A DNA stretch of 61,681 nucleotides, filler included, from Chiloscyllium plagiosum (GCF_004010195.1; 4 parts of one record of this genome joined end to end with filler, not necessarily neighbours in it), one strand, 5' to 3'. Shown: positions 25,501 to 40,500, numbered from the whole stretch's first letter. A program made the numbers and translations. Notes: generated from the letters alone by a model not told the origin.

Positions 25501-28500
25501 AACGTCCAAGTAAACCACATCCCTCATCCCCCTCATCAACCTGACTCAATACATCCTTGAAACATTACAGCAGATTTGTCAAGCACGATTTTGTTTTTGT
25601 AAATCTGTGCTGATTGTCCGATTCTGTCACTGTTTTCCAACATTTTACCTCACATACTCCCAATTACATCTATTAAGTTACAGATCCAGTATATCCCCAG
25701 TCACTAACGCAATACCCAATATCTAACACCCTGACTAACCTGTTCTGGACCCAACCCCTCCCCCTTCCCTGACATCACACGCAATGTCCCCACTGCTAGA
25801 GCAGACTCACCCCCCTCCCCGTCAGACTTCACCCACCTACCTTGACCTACACTAAACACATCATATGCCTGACCCCCTTGCCACCTACCCACTGGCACAT
25901 AACTCCTGCCCCTAAGCACTCTACCTAGCTGGCATTCTAACCTCACACTTAGCTTTGGGATGTAATGTTTGACAGCCACTGTCTGGAATTCTGCACCTTT
26001 AAACATCAGCACACGCAGCGAATTCTGGGGAAAGAGGGATGTGGTCTGCCTTCACCCTGACAAGCAGGAACTTGTCAGAATGGAAGAAGCACTGACCTTG
26101 CAGAAACATGAAGTGCTCTCTTTGCATAAGAAAATGGGCAGGGCAGAGTGCCAATCTGCGTGAGATTATCTCTCCTCAGAACATCTAGCCCAATGTGGTC
26201 CTCCTCTTAAGAAACATTTCACCTGCTAAATCACATCATTGTGTATCCACAATGATGACTAATTCCTAGTTGAGCTCCACTGGCTGCAAAGGGACACCCT
26301 GAAGTTATGGAGCTGCTGGCATAGGTGTCTCTGTTTACTATATTGACAGTGGGGGCTGAGAACAAGGATAGCCTTTATAACGCACATGTGAACCTTGTTT
26401 ACTCTTGACCCCAACGCTGTGTTTCAGATGGTGCATGGAAAGTGACTCTTAAACCAGTCCAGCAGGTCCAAGGTCAGAGATCTCCAGCTTTGCCCATTAT
26501 TTTGCAGATGTGGCACTTTAACTGAGGAGGAGAGAAGGAGACAAAGGCAGATGTACCTGACCAGAAAGGAGCAGAGTTCTGAGATGCAACACTGAAGCCC
26601 TGAGGACTAAGAAAAGCAAAGTTGTAGGAAGAGGAGGAGGATGCTGCAGAAGATTAGAAGGAAAGGAACAGTCAGTACATGAAGAAATATTAAACAGAAA
26701 ATCAGTTCAAGCAATATTAAAATACAAGGAAAAAAGCAACAATAATTTTCAGCAAAACCTGTCATTGAAATCGAGGCCCCAGAATTGAGTAAAATCACAG
26801 AATGCCAGTGTGAAGGGAAGCAGTAGCTGGCCTGGCCTGGGGTGACAGGGTAGAAGGGACAGTATTCAGCTAAGACAGGATAACAAACTGACACTATCAA
26901 TATGAAGGGTAGGAGTAGGCTATTTGGCCCCTTGAGCCTGCTCTACTGTTCAACGTGATCATGGTTTATCCTGGGCTTCACCTCCACCATCCCATAAACT
27001 CCCCATAATCCTTCAGTTCCTGCTGCTTCCACCTCGTCCAGCAGGAGATCTCCTGACATAGAACATCACACCTGTTTGTAACCACCCTGGGACATCCATC
27101 ATCCAATGACATCTTGGTTGACCCCTCTTCCCGCTGCCTTTATCCTCGAGGAGAGATCACTGCAGCTTTTCAGCTCAGATCCAACAGCTGAAATACTGAC
27201 ACGTTCTTTTTTGGATGTCACTGTTAACTGTAGATTTTGCTCTTGCAATTTGAAGCAACTCTTAATTTCTCTTGTGGCCAGTGTGTGGAATTTTCAGTGT
27301 GCATTTTACATCCACATTTCAAACACCCCTGTTTCCTTCCTCAAAACTTATTGTCCAGGTTTCTGACGGATTCCTGATGAAGGGCCTATGCCCAAAACAT
27401 CGATTTTCCTGCTCCTCGGATTCTGCCTGACTTGCTGTACTTTCCCGGAATGCACCCTCGACTCTCCCGCATCTGCAGTCTTCACTTTCTCCTAGGTTTC
27501 TGATGGAGACAGGACAGCCGAAAGAATGGTGCTTTTGAGGAGTAATTTCCTGTTCTAGGCCTGAGTCTTTATGTCAGTGACACGTCTTCACCCTCACAAA
27601 AGGATCTTCTAGTTTTCTCGACGGTCCTCCTTATTTCTGCACATCTGTCACTTTGTGGTATCATCTGTTCCCGTGTGAAACCAACCTCTTCAAATCTTCA
27701 CACTCATTTCCTGTCATATATTTTAAAAGACATCTTCTCAATCTATCAGCAATATTTATAATCTGTGTATCACAAGTCTGTCATGTTTCTAGTCTTCCAG
27801 TTTTACATTGGAAGTGCATCAGATTTTCTGTTTGGTCCATCATTTCCCTCTACACTTTAAGGATTCCCTTGATTTGTTCCATCTACAATTCACTTCTATC
27901 TTGTTCCTACCTTTCTTTCCAAAGAGGCGGCACGGTGGCACAGTGGTTAGCACTGTTGCCTCACAGCGCCAGAGACCCGGGTTCAATTCCCGTCTCAGGC
28001 AACTTCTGTGTGGAGTTTGCACGTTCTCCCAGTGTCTGTGTGGGTTTCCTCCGGGTGCTCCAGTTTCCTCCCACGTCCAAAAATGTGCAGGTTAGGTGAA
28101 TTTGCCATGCTAACTTGCCCTTAGTGTTAGGTGCATTAGTCAGGGGTAAATGTAGGGGAATGGGTCTGGGGGTGTTGCTCTTTGGAGGGTCGGTGTGGAC
28201 TTGTTGGGCCAAAGGGCCTGTTTCCACACTGTAGGGAATCTAATTAAAACAAAAACATGGTGGCTCAGTGGTTAGCACTGCTGCCTCACAGCACCAGGGA
28301 CTCAGGTTTGATTCCGGTCTCAGGTGACTGTCTGTGTGGAGTTTGCACGTTCTCCCTGTGTCTGCGTGGGTTTCCTCTCACAGTCCAAAGAGGCGCCGGT
28401 TAGGTGAATTGGCCATGGGAAATTGCCCGTAGTAAATGTAGGGCAATGGGTCTGGGTGGGTTGCTCTTCGGCCGGGCGGGGTGGACTTGTTGGGCTGAAG

Positions 28501-31500
28501 GACCTGTTTCCACACTGTAAGTAATCTAATCCAATCAAATGATGTCAACATTTGTTTTTTCTGCACGTTTTTTTCCACCATTCTTTTTTATCTTTCAAGG
28601 AGTTTGTCTTCTACTGAATTACTCGTCTTTTGAGATTTTTTTCCAGTTTCATACTTTCTTACACGAACAAGGAACAACAGTCGCAACTTGGCCCTTTGAA
28701 TCTGCTCCACCACTCAATAAGATTACTGCTGATCTCAACTCTACATTCCTGCATATCCTGATAATCTTTCATCTCCTTGGTCATCAAGGATCTGTCTACT
28801 TCTGCCCTCGAAATATTTAAAGATTCTGCATCCAGTGCATTTTGAGGAATGGAATTCCAAAGACACTCAATCCTCAGAAAAATACTTTCTTTTTTCTGTT
28901 TTAAATGGGTGCCACCTTTTTTGACACCAACGTCTAGATTCTCCAAAGCTTCCTCTCAACATCCACCCAGTCAAGTCCCCTCAGAATCTTCCATGTTTCA
29001 AATACATCACCACTAATTCTTCTAAATTTCAGATGATAGAGGACTAGCCTGTCTAACCTTTCCTCAAATAAATCTGCTCATTCCAATGTTAATCTGGTAA
29101 AGCTTCTCGGAGTTGTTTGCACCAAATTAATATCCTTGTGTAAGTACAATGACCAGCATTGTACACAGTACTCCGGATGCAGTCTTACTGAATAACTGAA
29201 ACATAACCTCCCTACTCTTGCTTTGAATTTCCCTCACAATAAAACAAAATATCTATTAGCTTTGCTGATTTCTGGCTCACACATCTATCTTCCGACACCA
29301 TTTCTCTTTAGCTGCCGACATATATTCTTCATTTTCTTTTCAATGTCAATGTCATCACAAGTGCTTTTCTTCCTCCCTGTCATCATTGCCACAATCTCAT
29401 CTGCCATCTACCCCTCATCTACCCCTTTTCCATTTTAGTATTATTTCTTTCACAAGTATGTTGTGTAACTTTCTTCCGCACTTAGTAATTTGTTTTGTTT
29501 TTCTTGTTCTGAGAACTGTTTGTTTGGAATCCCGAGACACCAAACTTGTTCAGAATGAATTCCTTGCTCTGGTTTTCATCCTTCAACATCCCGACATCTA
29601 AATGGTCTCACTTTTTTTTGGTATTTTCAGTTCACATTTAATTTTTGCCAGATGATGATCTGCATTTAAATTCACAGCAGGATAATGACAAATGTTCCTT
29701 AAACTGATTCTAAAAGATTGTTTGACCATTACAGAATCTGTTTGATTGTTAGACATGTTGCCTAGACTTCTCTTTTTGGTTGCTCACTCACTTAATCTCA
29801 CTTACAGCCTCCGGCCTCCTCACATCTTAGTTGCCTTTGAGTTTATTATCAGAAAGCCTTGATAAGTCACTATCTGTCAAAGTCTTTAATATAGATTGCA
29901 ACCAGCTGAGGCCCCATGTCTGTCCTTACCAAATTAGGGAGTGGTGGCAAGGATCCAATTGAAAATGTGGGGTTTGAGCAACTGAGCAGTACAGGTGATG
30001 GATAAAGAGGAGGCCGTAAAAATCTGGCAATACTCCAAGTAGAGACATCACCAAGCCTGGATGTGATACATCCTAGATTGCGGAGAGGGGTTAGGGAGAA
30101 AATCACAGAGCCATTGACAGGCCTCTCAATGAACACAGGATTGGGGAGAAAATCACAGAGCCATTGACAGGCCTCTCAATGAACACAGGATTAGGGAGAA
30201 AATCACAGAGCCATTGACAAGCCTCTCAATGAACACAGGATTGGGGAGAAAATCACAGAACCATTGACAGGCCTCTCAATGAACACAGGATTAGGGAGAA
30301 AATCACAGAACCATTGACAGGCCTCTCAATGAACACAGGATTGGGGAGAAAATCACAGGGCCATTGACAGGCCTCTCAATGAACACAGGATTGGGGAGAA
30401 AATCACAGGGCCATTGACAGGCCTCTCTATGAACACAGGATTAGTCCCAGGATACAGGACCATCACAAATGTGACACCGCTGTTTAAAAAAAGGTGCAAA
30501 GGATAACCCAGGAAGCTACAAACCTGTCAGCTTGATGTCAATGGGAAAACCATTGGAGGCTATAGTGAAGAATAAGGTAAATATACACTTAGAAAAAGAA
30601 GTTAATTAGATATGGTTAGGATTGATGGGTCCTTGGCAGCATGGAATAGAAGTAGACTAAAAGATAGGAAACAGAAGGCAGGTATCGAATAGGCATTACT
30701 CAGTTCGGAGAGGAGTTAGAAGGTGGTATTCCCCAGGGATCAGTGTTGGGATTATTGCTTTTCCTGATTTATATAAATGATTTGGAGATGGATGTTGAGG
30801 GAAAAATCTCTAAATTTGCAGATGATCCAAAACTAAGAACAACAGTGAATTGTGAGGATGATGCCGAGTGATTTCAGAGGGACCTATCAATGCACAGGCA
30901 CCTGCCAGATAAACTTCAATGCAGAGAAACAGAGGTAATGCATTTTGATAGAAGAAACAGAGAGACAATACAGGCCTCAATGGCACAACTTTACAGGGTG
31001 TACAGGAGCACCTTGAGGTTCACATGAATGATTCTCAGTAGGTGGCCAGGCAGATTGAAATAGTTATGAAGAAGGGCCCCAGAACATTTCTCTCCACAGA
31101 TGCTCCGAGAGCTGCTGAGGTATTCCAGTAATTTCTGGTTTTAGTGAAGTTGAAACAGTTGTTAGGAAGGGTCATAGGCTCCCTGGCTTTGTAAATGGAG
31201 GCATAGGGTATACAAGTGAGGAAGTGATGCTACACCTCTGTAAATCATTTGTCAAAACACATTTGGAGAATTGTGTTCATGTTATTTAAGGAAGGATGTG
31301 AAAGCCTTGAGCAGAGTTCAAAGGAGATTTACTGGAATGATACCAGGAATGAGGGATTTTGGACACAAGAAAAGATTAGAGACATTGAGCTTGTTCACCT
31401 TGGAGCAGAGAAGATTGAGAGGTGACCTTATTAAGGTGTCAGCATTATAAACAATTTTGACAGGGTGAAGGAGGATATTCCAGTATATCAGTAACTAGGG

Positions 31501-34500
31501 GTCACAATTCCCAGATTGTCAGCAAGAGAGCTAGGAATGAGATGAGGAGAAACCTCTTTACTCAGAGAGTTGGCAAGGTGGTTCAGTGCTTAGCACTGCT
31601 GCCTCACAGCACCAGGTTCGATTCCAGCCTCGGGAGACTGTCAGTGTGGAGTTTGCACATTCTCTCCTCTGGGTGCTCCAGTTTCCTCCCACAGTCCAAA
31701 GATGGGTGAGGGCCATGCTAAAAATTGCCCGTAGTGTTAGGTGCATTAGTCAGAGGGAAATAGGAATAGGTGGGTTACTCTTTGGAGGGTCGGTATGGAC
31801 TTGTTGGGCCGAAGGGCCTGTTTCCACACTGTAGAAAAAGTTGTTGGGATGTGGAATGTGCTGCCTGGGAGAGGGGTGGAGACAGATGCCATAGAGGTAT
31901 CAGAGAGAGCTGGATGTATTTTTGAAAGGGATTAATTTAGAAAGTTACAGAGAAAGAATTGGAGAATGGGACTAACAGGGTAACTCTTTTGGGAGCCAGT
32001 GAGGAGTCAATGGTTCAAATGGCCTCCTTCTGTACTGTAAAACTCTATGATCCTTGCAACACCCCATTAGGTACAGCTCGCCAACTTGAAAATACGTCAT
32101 TCATCAGTACTTTGTTTCCTGTCTGCTGACCAGTTCCTTATCCATGCTGACACATAGAATGTGGTAGAAACAGATCAGCTACAATCTTAGTAAATGGTAG
32201 AGCAGGTTTGTGAGGCTGAATGACATGTTCCTGGTCTTTAATCATATGTTTGTACATTCTAATTCATAGATAATTCCCAATTCCATCAACCATTATCTTG
32301 TGGACTAATCTTTTGTGCAGTACATTTTGTTAGATGTTTTGAATTATAGCTTTAATTGCTTCTCAATCTATTTACTGTTAAACCTTTCAGTCTATTGATG
32401 CATTCAATCTTAATCTGCTTTCATCTCATATCTATAAACTGACCTCAAGTTGTTAAGATTTTTGATTGTGTTTTAGGTTCTTGTTTGTGATTGGAGTAGC
32501 TTCCTTACAGCTTATCATGAAATTCACTATTATGATCACTATTTCCCAGTGGATCCTTTGCTGTGAAATTTCCAACTCAACCTGTTTTATCACAGACTAT
32601 GAGATTGAGGGAACAATGGCATTGTGACTTTGGGGAAATAAAATAGATGACAAATTGCCAAGTTAAATAGCAATCCATTCGGCCAGGATCCATCCATGTG
32701 CTGCACAATCTATTTCTCAGGATCTCTCAGCATGCAGCCAGTTTAGATTCAGGCACTGATTGCTGTTTGATTATGCCACAGCATCACAGGAGTTCTCATC
32801 TTTTAATTCTGTCAGTAAGTGTCCTGTAAGATGGCCCTTCAGGCCTGAAAAGAGTGACGTGTCTGGAAATATATCCAAGTGGGTACAAGTGCATTGGAGT
32901 TATTCGTAAAACTGTTGTTTCCTTTGAGTTGATCGGAAATTAAGTTATGTCAAGGTAGTTCTTGACAGGTCATTTTCTGGCCCTTCCGTAAGATTCAGAG
33001 AATGGGCTTCCCAATAGGAATTGCTCTTTCATTCCTCTTTCCTTCCATCTTGGTCCATACGACATTGAGTAATGAATAGACAGCTGGGAGGTCAGGCTGC
33101 ACAGAGTTAGATGGTTCCCTCTTAGTGTCCTGTTTATATTCACAGAGGGGCATCCAATAACCATACAGAACAGACACAGGTATTAAAACAGATTTGTGAC
33201 AATGATTAAAATGGCAGTTATAGCTTGAACTGCAAGAGGATTTGCACTTACCACCAACAGGCCTTTCCCATCACCTGGTCTCCTTACATTATACACTTAC
33301 TTCAAGTTACATGCCCCTCATGTTATGAACTACCCACTCCTATTATTTATTCCCCACTTCTTACCCCCTCACATTGTATACTCCCTATTCACTGACGAAC
33401 AGGCTCACTCGCACACAGATGGTTACCTGAGGTCCGAGAGTTTGAACGCTGAACTGCCTTATCTCGCTGTTTGTATGGAAAGCGTAAAGCTGTGTCCAGC
33501 TGTTTGAAGCTTTCTTTCAGAGAGTGGGTCTGGTAATACTCGACCAGCTCCTACAATGAAATAAGTCACACCCATCATTATTGTTAAACCTTACAACACA
33601 CGGTCAAGTGAAATAAAAAAGACTTTGACTCTGTCCCCGGCTCACATTTCCCCAGTTTCTGAAAATCCCATCTACAATCCAGCATGGCCCAATTATGAAT
33701 GATTCAAAATCACTGCTGCACTTGCTCCTGCCTCACACAGTGGTGTTTAGCATCACTGGTCAGCCCTGCCTGGTTTCCTAGCCCATGAGTCCCACCTCCT
33801 GCTCCCTCAACCCTATTTCCATAAAACTGCTGACCACCCAATGTCTCCTCCTGGTATCTGTGTTACTGTGGAGGGGTTGTCCCTCTCATCAGCCAAATCC
33901 TCAGAAAAGGCAACCATCAATCCCCCACTGGTCTAGTTATCACTGTCCTCTTCCTCTCTGTCACCCAAAGCACTGTTGTCACCTCCCAAACTATTACTAT
34001 CTTTTCTGGAACTTCATGCTGAATCCCTCCAATTGAGTTTCCACAATGTTATTGGAACAATACTGCCTCTATCGAAGTCACAGATAACATTCTGTGTGGC
34101 TGTGACAAACATTCTCCACACAGCACCCCCTCATTTCATCAGCCCTCCCACCACCCTCCAGACCTGTATGGGGAGGTCGCCCTTCAGTTATCTGACTCTT
34201 TATTTGACACCCAATACTGGATGAGCAGAAATTTCTTCCCATTAAACAGTGGGAAGACTGACACCATTGTTTTCAGTCACCCTTCCCAAGTTAGCGACTC
34301 TATCCCTCTCCCTGACAACAGTCTGAGGTTAAGCCTCAGATGAGCTTCTGATCTCCTGACTGAAACCTACAGAATACGGAGAGGCCGGGGAGAGTGGAGT
34401 GGAGAAGATATTTCTACTAGTAGGAAAGCTTAGGACCCGAAGGCATAGCCTCTGGACTGAACTGAGGTGGACTTTGTTCAGCTATTAGGTGGTGAATCTG

Positions 34501-37500
34501 TGGAAGTCACACAGGGATGTGGAGGCCAGGTCATTGAGGGTATTTATGACAGAGATAGATAGGCTCTTGATTAGTTGGGGATCAAGGGTTACAGGCAGAA
34601 GGCAGGAGAATGGGGTTGAGAAACATATTAGATTAGATTAGATTAGATTACTTACAGTGTGGAAACAGGCCCTTCGGCCCAACAAGTCCACACCAACCCA
34701 CCGAAGCGCAACCCACCCAGACCCATTCCCCTACATTTACCCCTGCACCTAACACTATGGGACAATTTAGCGTGGCTAATCCACCCTAACCTGCACATTT
34801 TTGGAGTGTGGGACGAAACCGGAGCACCTGGAGGAAACCCACGCAGACACGGGGAGAATGTGGAAACTCCACACAGGGAGTCACCTAAGGCAGGAATTGA
34901 ACCCGGGTCTCTGGCGCTGTGAGGCAGCAGTGCTAACCACTGAGCCACCTTGCCGCACATCAGCCATGATTGAATGGCAAAGCAAACATGATAGGCTGAA
35001 TGGTCTACTTCTGCTAGGTCCCCATCCCCAGTCTGTAACATTACCCAATTGATCCCTTGTCTCAGTTTTATGTTAAAGCCCTCATTCAAGCGTTTGTTAA
35101 CTCCAGACTTCAGCATNNNNNNNNNNNNNNNNNNNNNNNNNNNNNNNNNNNNNNNNNNNNNNNNNNNNNNNNNNNNNNNNNNNNNNNNNNNNNNNNNNNN
35201 NNNNNNNNNNNNNNNNNNNNNNNNNNNNNNNNNNNNNNNNNNNNNNNNNNNNNNNNNNNNNNNNNNNNNNNNNNNNNNNNNNNNNNNNNNNNNNNNNNNN
35301 NNNNNNNNNNNNNNNNNNNNNNNNNNNNNNNNNNNNNNNNNNNNNNNNNNNNNNNNNNNNNNNNNNNNNNNNNNNNNNNNNNNNNNNNNNNNNNNNNNNN
35401 NNNNNNNNNNNNNNNNNNNNNNNNNNNNNNNNNNNNNNNNNNNNNNNNNNNNNNNNNNNNNNNNNNNNNNNNNNNNNNNNNNNNNNNNNNNNNNNNNNNN
35501 NNNNNNNNNNNNNNNNNNNNNNNNNNNNNNNNNNNNNNNNNNNNNNNNNNNNNNNNNNNNNNNNNNNNNNNNNNNNNNNNNNNNNNNNNNNNNNNNNNNN
35601 NNNNNNNNNNNNNNNNATGGTGCAGTTTACTTCAGACCTTCCAAAACTAGTCTCCATGATGTGGGACAGAACACAAATAAACCGAATTCCACACAGGATA
35701 ACACCTCCACCCAGCACATATCTGAGCCCTGCTATGTTCCGATAGTCTGAATGACAAGACTAACAAGAACTTTCCATGTCCTCTCTTCCTTAGCTATGAG
35801 AAGGGAGATTTCAGCTCAGTTCCTGTTCCCAGTCTGTCACTCCCATGTACTTCACGTGATGTCACTATATAGACAATAGGTACAGGAGTAGGCCATTCTG
35901 CCCTTCGAGCCTGCACCACCATTCAATATGATCATGGCTGATCATTCCTAATCAGTATCCTGTTCCTGCCTTATCTCCATAACCCTTGATTCCACTATCT
36001 TTGAGAGCTCTATCCATCTCTTTCTTAAATGAATCCAGAGAGTGGGCCTCCACTGTCCTCNNNNNNNNNNNNNNNNNNNNNNNNNNNNNNNNNNNNNNNN
36101 NNNNTTAATTAATTAANNNNNNNNNNNNNNNNNNNNNNNNNNNNNNNNNNNNNNNNNNNNGGGGTGAGGAGATGAGGGAGTGAGGAGACTGTGGGGTGAG
36201 GAGACAGGGGGTGAGGAGACTGTGGGGTGAGGAGTATGTATGGAGGGGCTGTGTGATGAGGAGGGTGAGGAGCGGGATGGAGGTGGTGAGGTGATAAGGG
36301 AGAGGGGGGTGTGTGGAGATAGGGAGTGCCCGTGGAAAGAAGACCGATTAGTGGGGGTAGGTGAGGAGGTGGAGGTGGTGAGGTAGTGAGGGGCAGATGG
36401 CACCAGGCTGGAGGAGACAGCCTTGAGTGATGTCACTGACCAATGGACCCAGAGTTATTTCCAATTTAATGCAACATTTCTGTAATGAAGCAAACTCTAA
36501 ATTTCAACGTAATGGTTTAAGAAATGAGGATCCACGGGGAGTATGGAATGAGCAGGGGATTGGTCAGGGGAGACCGATTGTGTGTCTTACCTGCATGTAC
36601 CTGACCTGCAGCATCGGAAAATCAAAGAGGTTTCAGTAAAATCGCAGCAGAAACACAGTTCATCCCAGAGCCTCCCTATCTCAAAGCAAATTGATACAGA
36701 GCCGTGCAATCCTTTGTCACAGAAATTACACACTTTCATCACCATTTAAATCTTTCTCAAACGCCAAGTAAGACGAGAAAACAGAACTTTACTTCATAGA
36801 GGACAGGAGGAGATGGAGGGCAGGAGAGCTGGCAGAAGGTGCAGAGATGCAATAGGAGTGTCAGGGTACAGTGACCACTGCATCCACCCCTGCCACCCCC
36901 AGGGGCGCCAGGTAAATACTCTGGGCTTTGAATGTGAGGCACTATCTGCTCTGGTGACCGGGTGACTGTGTGGGCAGTGCAGCAGTCTCTATGTTTACCA
37001 TGGGTTGGCGAACTTCCACCTTGATGATGTCCTCGTAAATATCATCCCCATCGCTCTCACAAGGGACACAGTCATAGATATCATCTCCAACATCATGTTC
37101 ACTAGGAGAAAAAAACACATCCAAAACATGAAGACCAAAATCACCAGAGACAAGAGGAAATGTCCAAGATCACGGCACGGGGATGGGTCAGAGAGCATGG
37201 GAAGGAAAGGGGGGGAAATCAGAGAACATGGTGGGGGACTCTGGCATCACAGTGGGGGTGTGGGCGAGGTGGTCCAAGAAACACTGGGAGGTGCACCAAA
37301 GGGAGCACCATGCTGTTTAATATGAGCAGCCAATACAATACACAAAGAGTCTGGGATAATGTGAGGTGAAAGGGATTTCAGAGACAGGCCCTGCACCCTG
37401 CACTGTCGGAGGGTCAGCGCTGAGTGAGTGCCGCACTGTCGGAGGGTCAGCGCTGAGGGAGTGCCGCACTGTCGGAGGGTCAGTGCTGAGGGAGTGCCAC

Positions 37501-40500
37501 ACTGTCGGAGGGTCAGTGCTGAGGGAGTGCCACACTGTCGGAGGGTCAAGGCTGAGGGAGTGCCACACTGTCGGAGGGTCAGTGCTGAGGGAGTGCCACA
37601 CTGTCGGAGGGTCAGTGCTGAGGGAGTGCCACACTGTCGGAGGGTCAGTGCTGAGGGAGTGCCACACTGTCGGAGGGTCAGTGCTGAGGGAGTGCCACAC
37701 TGTCGGAGGGTCAGTGCTGAGGGAGTGCCACACTGTCGGAGGGTCAGTGCTGAGGGAATGCCGCACTGTCGGAGGGTCAGTGCTGAGGGAGTGCCACACT
37801 GTCGGAGGGTCAGTGCTGAGGGAGTGCCGCACTGTCGGAGGGTCAGTGCTGAGGGAGTGGACACTGTCGGAGGGTCAATGCTGAGGGAGTGCCACACTGT
37901 CGGAGGGTCAGTGCTGAGGGAGTGCCACACTGTCGGAGGGTCAAGGCTGAGGGAGTGCCACACTGTCGGAGGGTCAGTGCTGAGGGAGTGCCACACTGTC
38001 GGAGGGTCAGTGCTGAGGGAGTGCTGCACTGTCAGAAGGTCAGCGCAGGGGAAAAACCGCACTGTCGGAGGGTCAGTGGTGAATACATCTATATCTATGG
38101 ATTATGAAAAACTGGAACATTGAACCGCTTGGACATTTTTGGGTTGAGGAGATTTTATCTTGTGATTTCTTGGAAACAGTCAAAACATCAAAGAGAATCA
38201 TGATCTGCTGTTTACTATCATCTTCACATTATTTAATGTCAACCATGAAACAATCATTGTCGGAAAAACTAGTCAGGTACACTAATGTCCTGTAGGAAAG
38301 GAAAGTGTTGGCTTACCTGGTCTGGCCTACATGTGACAATGCGGTTGATGCTAAACCATCCTCTGGGCAATTAGGTACAGGCAATAAATTGGGTACGGCT
38401 CCCACACACACAGACCATCACTGGGGTACAGCTCCCACACACACTGTCTCTCACTGGGGTACAGCTCCCACACACACAGACCCTCACTGGGGTACAGTCC
38501 CACACACACTGACTCTCACTGGGGTACAGCTCCCACACACACTGACTCTCACTGGGGTACGGCTCCCACACACACTGACTCTCACTGAGTACAGCTCCCA
38601 CACTCACTGACTCTCACTGGGGTACGGCTCCCACACTCACTGACTCTCACTGGGGGACAGTCCCACACACACTGACTCTCACTGAGTACAGCTCCCACAC
38701 ACACTGACTCTCACTGAGTACAGCTCCCACACACACTGACTCTCACTGGGGTACGGTTCCCACACACACTGACTCTCACTGAGTACAGCTCCCACACACA
38801 CTGACTCTCACTGGGGGACAGTCCCACACACACTGACTCTCACTGGGGTAAAGTCCCACACACACTGACTCTCACTGGGGTACAGCTCCCACATACACTG
38901 ACTCTCACTGGGGGACAGTCCCACAGACACTGTCTCTCACTGGGGGACAGTCCCACAGACACTGACTCTCACTGGGGTACAGTCCCACACACACTGACTC
39001 TCACTGGGGTACACTCCCACATACACTGTCTCTCACTGGGGGACAGTCCCACAGACACTGACTCTCACTGGGGTACAGTCCCACACACACTGACTCTCAC
39101 TGGGGTATGGCTCCCACACACACTGACTCTCACTGGGGTACAGCTCCCACACACACTGACTCTCACTGGGGTACAGTCCCACACACACGGACTCTCACTG
39201 GGGTACAGCTCTCACACACACTGACTCTCACTGGGGTACAGTCCGACACATACTGACTCTCACTGGGGTACACTCCCACACACACTGACTCTCACTGGGG
39301 TACAGTCCCACACACACTGACTCTCACTGGGATACAGAGTAGCTGTTTGATAGCTGGTCCCTTGGCAAATTTAGGAACTGTGGGTCTACAGTGAGTCGAT
39401 GCCATTGACCAGTCTGGTAAAGCTGAGTGCTTATCTTCAGAGTATTTCAATAACTCAGACCCTTTACACCGGTGTGAGATTTAACCTGACAGCTGGATCC
39501 TTCCAGTCCCTGCCCTCATGTGCTCCTCCTTTCCTGTTGTACACTGATCATCTGAAAGGATGTCTTGGGTAAAGGATAACATTCATACTGAGACTCACTC
39601 TGCAAGTTCCTCCAGGCTGCGATAAACATCATCGTCCACTGCAGTCTCCTCTGAAGGAAAGGGCCTGAGAAACATGGACAAATCAACAGTGGTAAAAACG
39701 CAAACATCAATCTAACGCACCCTTCCATGAAAATGTTCCAGATTAATCAGCCTGGCTTAGAAAACCTTCAAACAGAAAAACACAAGAGCATTGTATGGCC
39801 TCTCAGACATACAGACAATCTGCACACAGTGTTTGCACAGACTATGTACACACTCTGTACACACAGCCCAAAAAAGGACCTTGAAGTGCAGGTAACGTTT
39901 GGTATGCTTTCCTTTATTGGTCAGAGTATCGAATACAGGAGTTGGGAGGTCATGTTGCAGCTGTACAGGGCATTGGTGAGGCCACTGTTGGAATATTGGG
40001 TGCAATTCTGGTTCTTGTTCCTATCGGAAAGATGTTGTGAAAATTGAAAGGGTTCAGAAAAGATTTCCAAGGATGTTGCCAGGGTTGGACGATCTGAGCT
40101 GTAGGGAGAGGCTGAACAGGCTGGGGCTGTTTTCATTGGAGCGCGGAGGCTGAGGGGTGACCTTAGAGAAGTTTATAAAATCATGAGGGGCATAGATAGG
40201 GTAAATAGACAAGGCCTTTTCCCTAGGGTGGGGAGTCCAGAACTAGAGGGCATAGGTTTAGGGTGAGAGGGGAAAGAAAAAGGGCAACGTTTTCAGGCAG
40301 AGCGTGGTGCGTGAATGGAATGAGTTGCCAGAGGATGTGGTGGAGGCTGGTACAATTACAACATTTAAGAGGCATCTGGATGGGTATATGAATAGGGAGG
40401 GTTTAGAGGGATATGGGCCAAGTGCTGGCAAATGGGACTACATTAGATTGGGATATCTGGTGGGCATGGATAGGTTGGATTGAAGGGTCTGTTTCCATGC

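Noticed and set aside
37247..38123. Repetitive Cys/His-rich ORFs in 33-bp arrays (also 50245-51100 and 53137-54021)
   Set aside because: They are by-products of units whose length is a multiple of 3.
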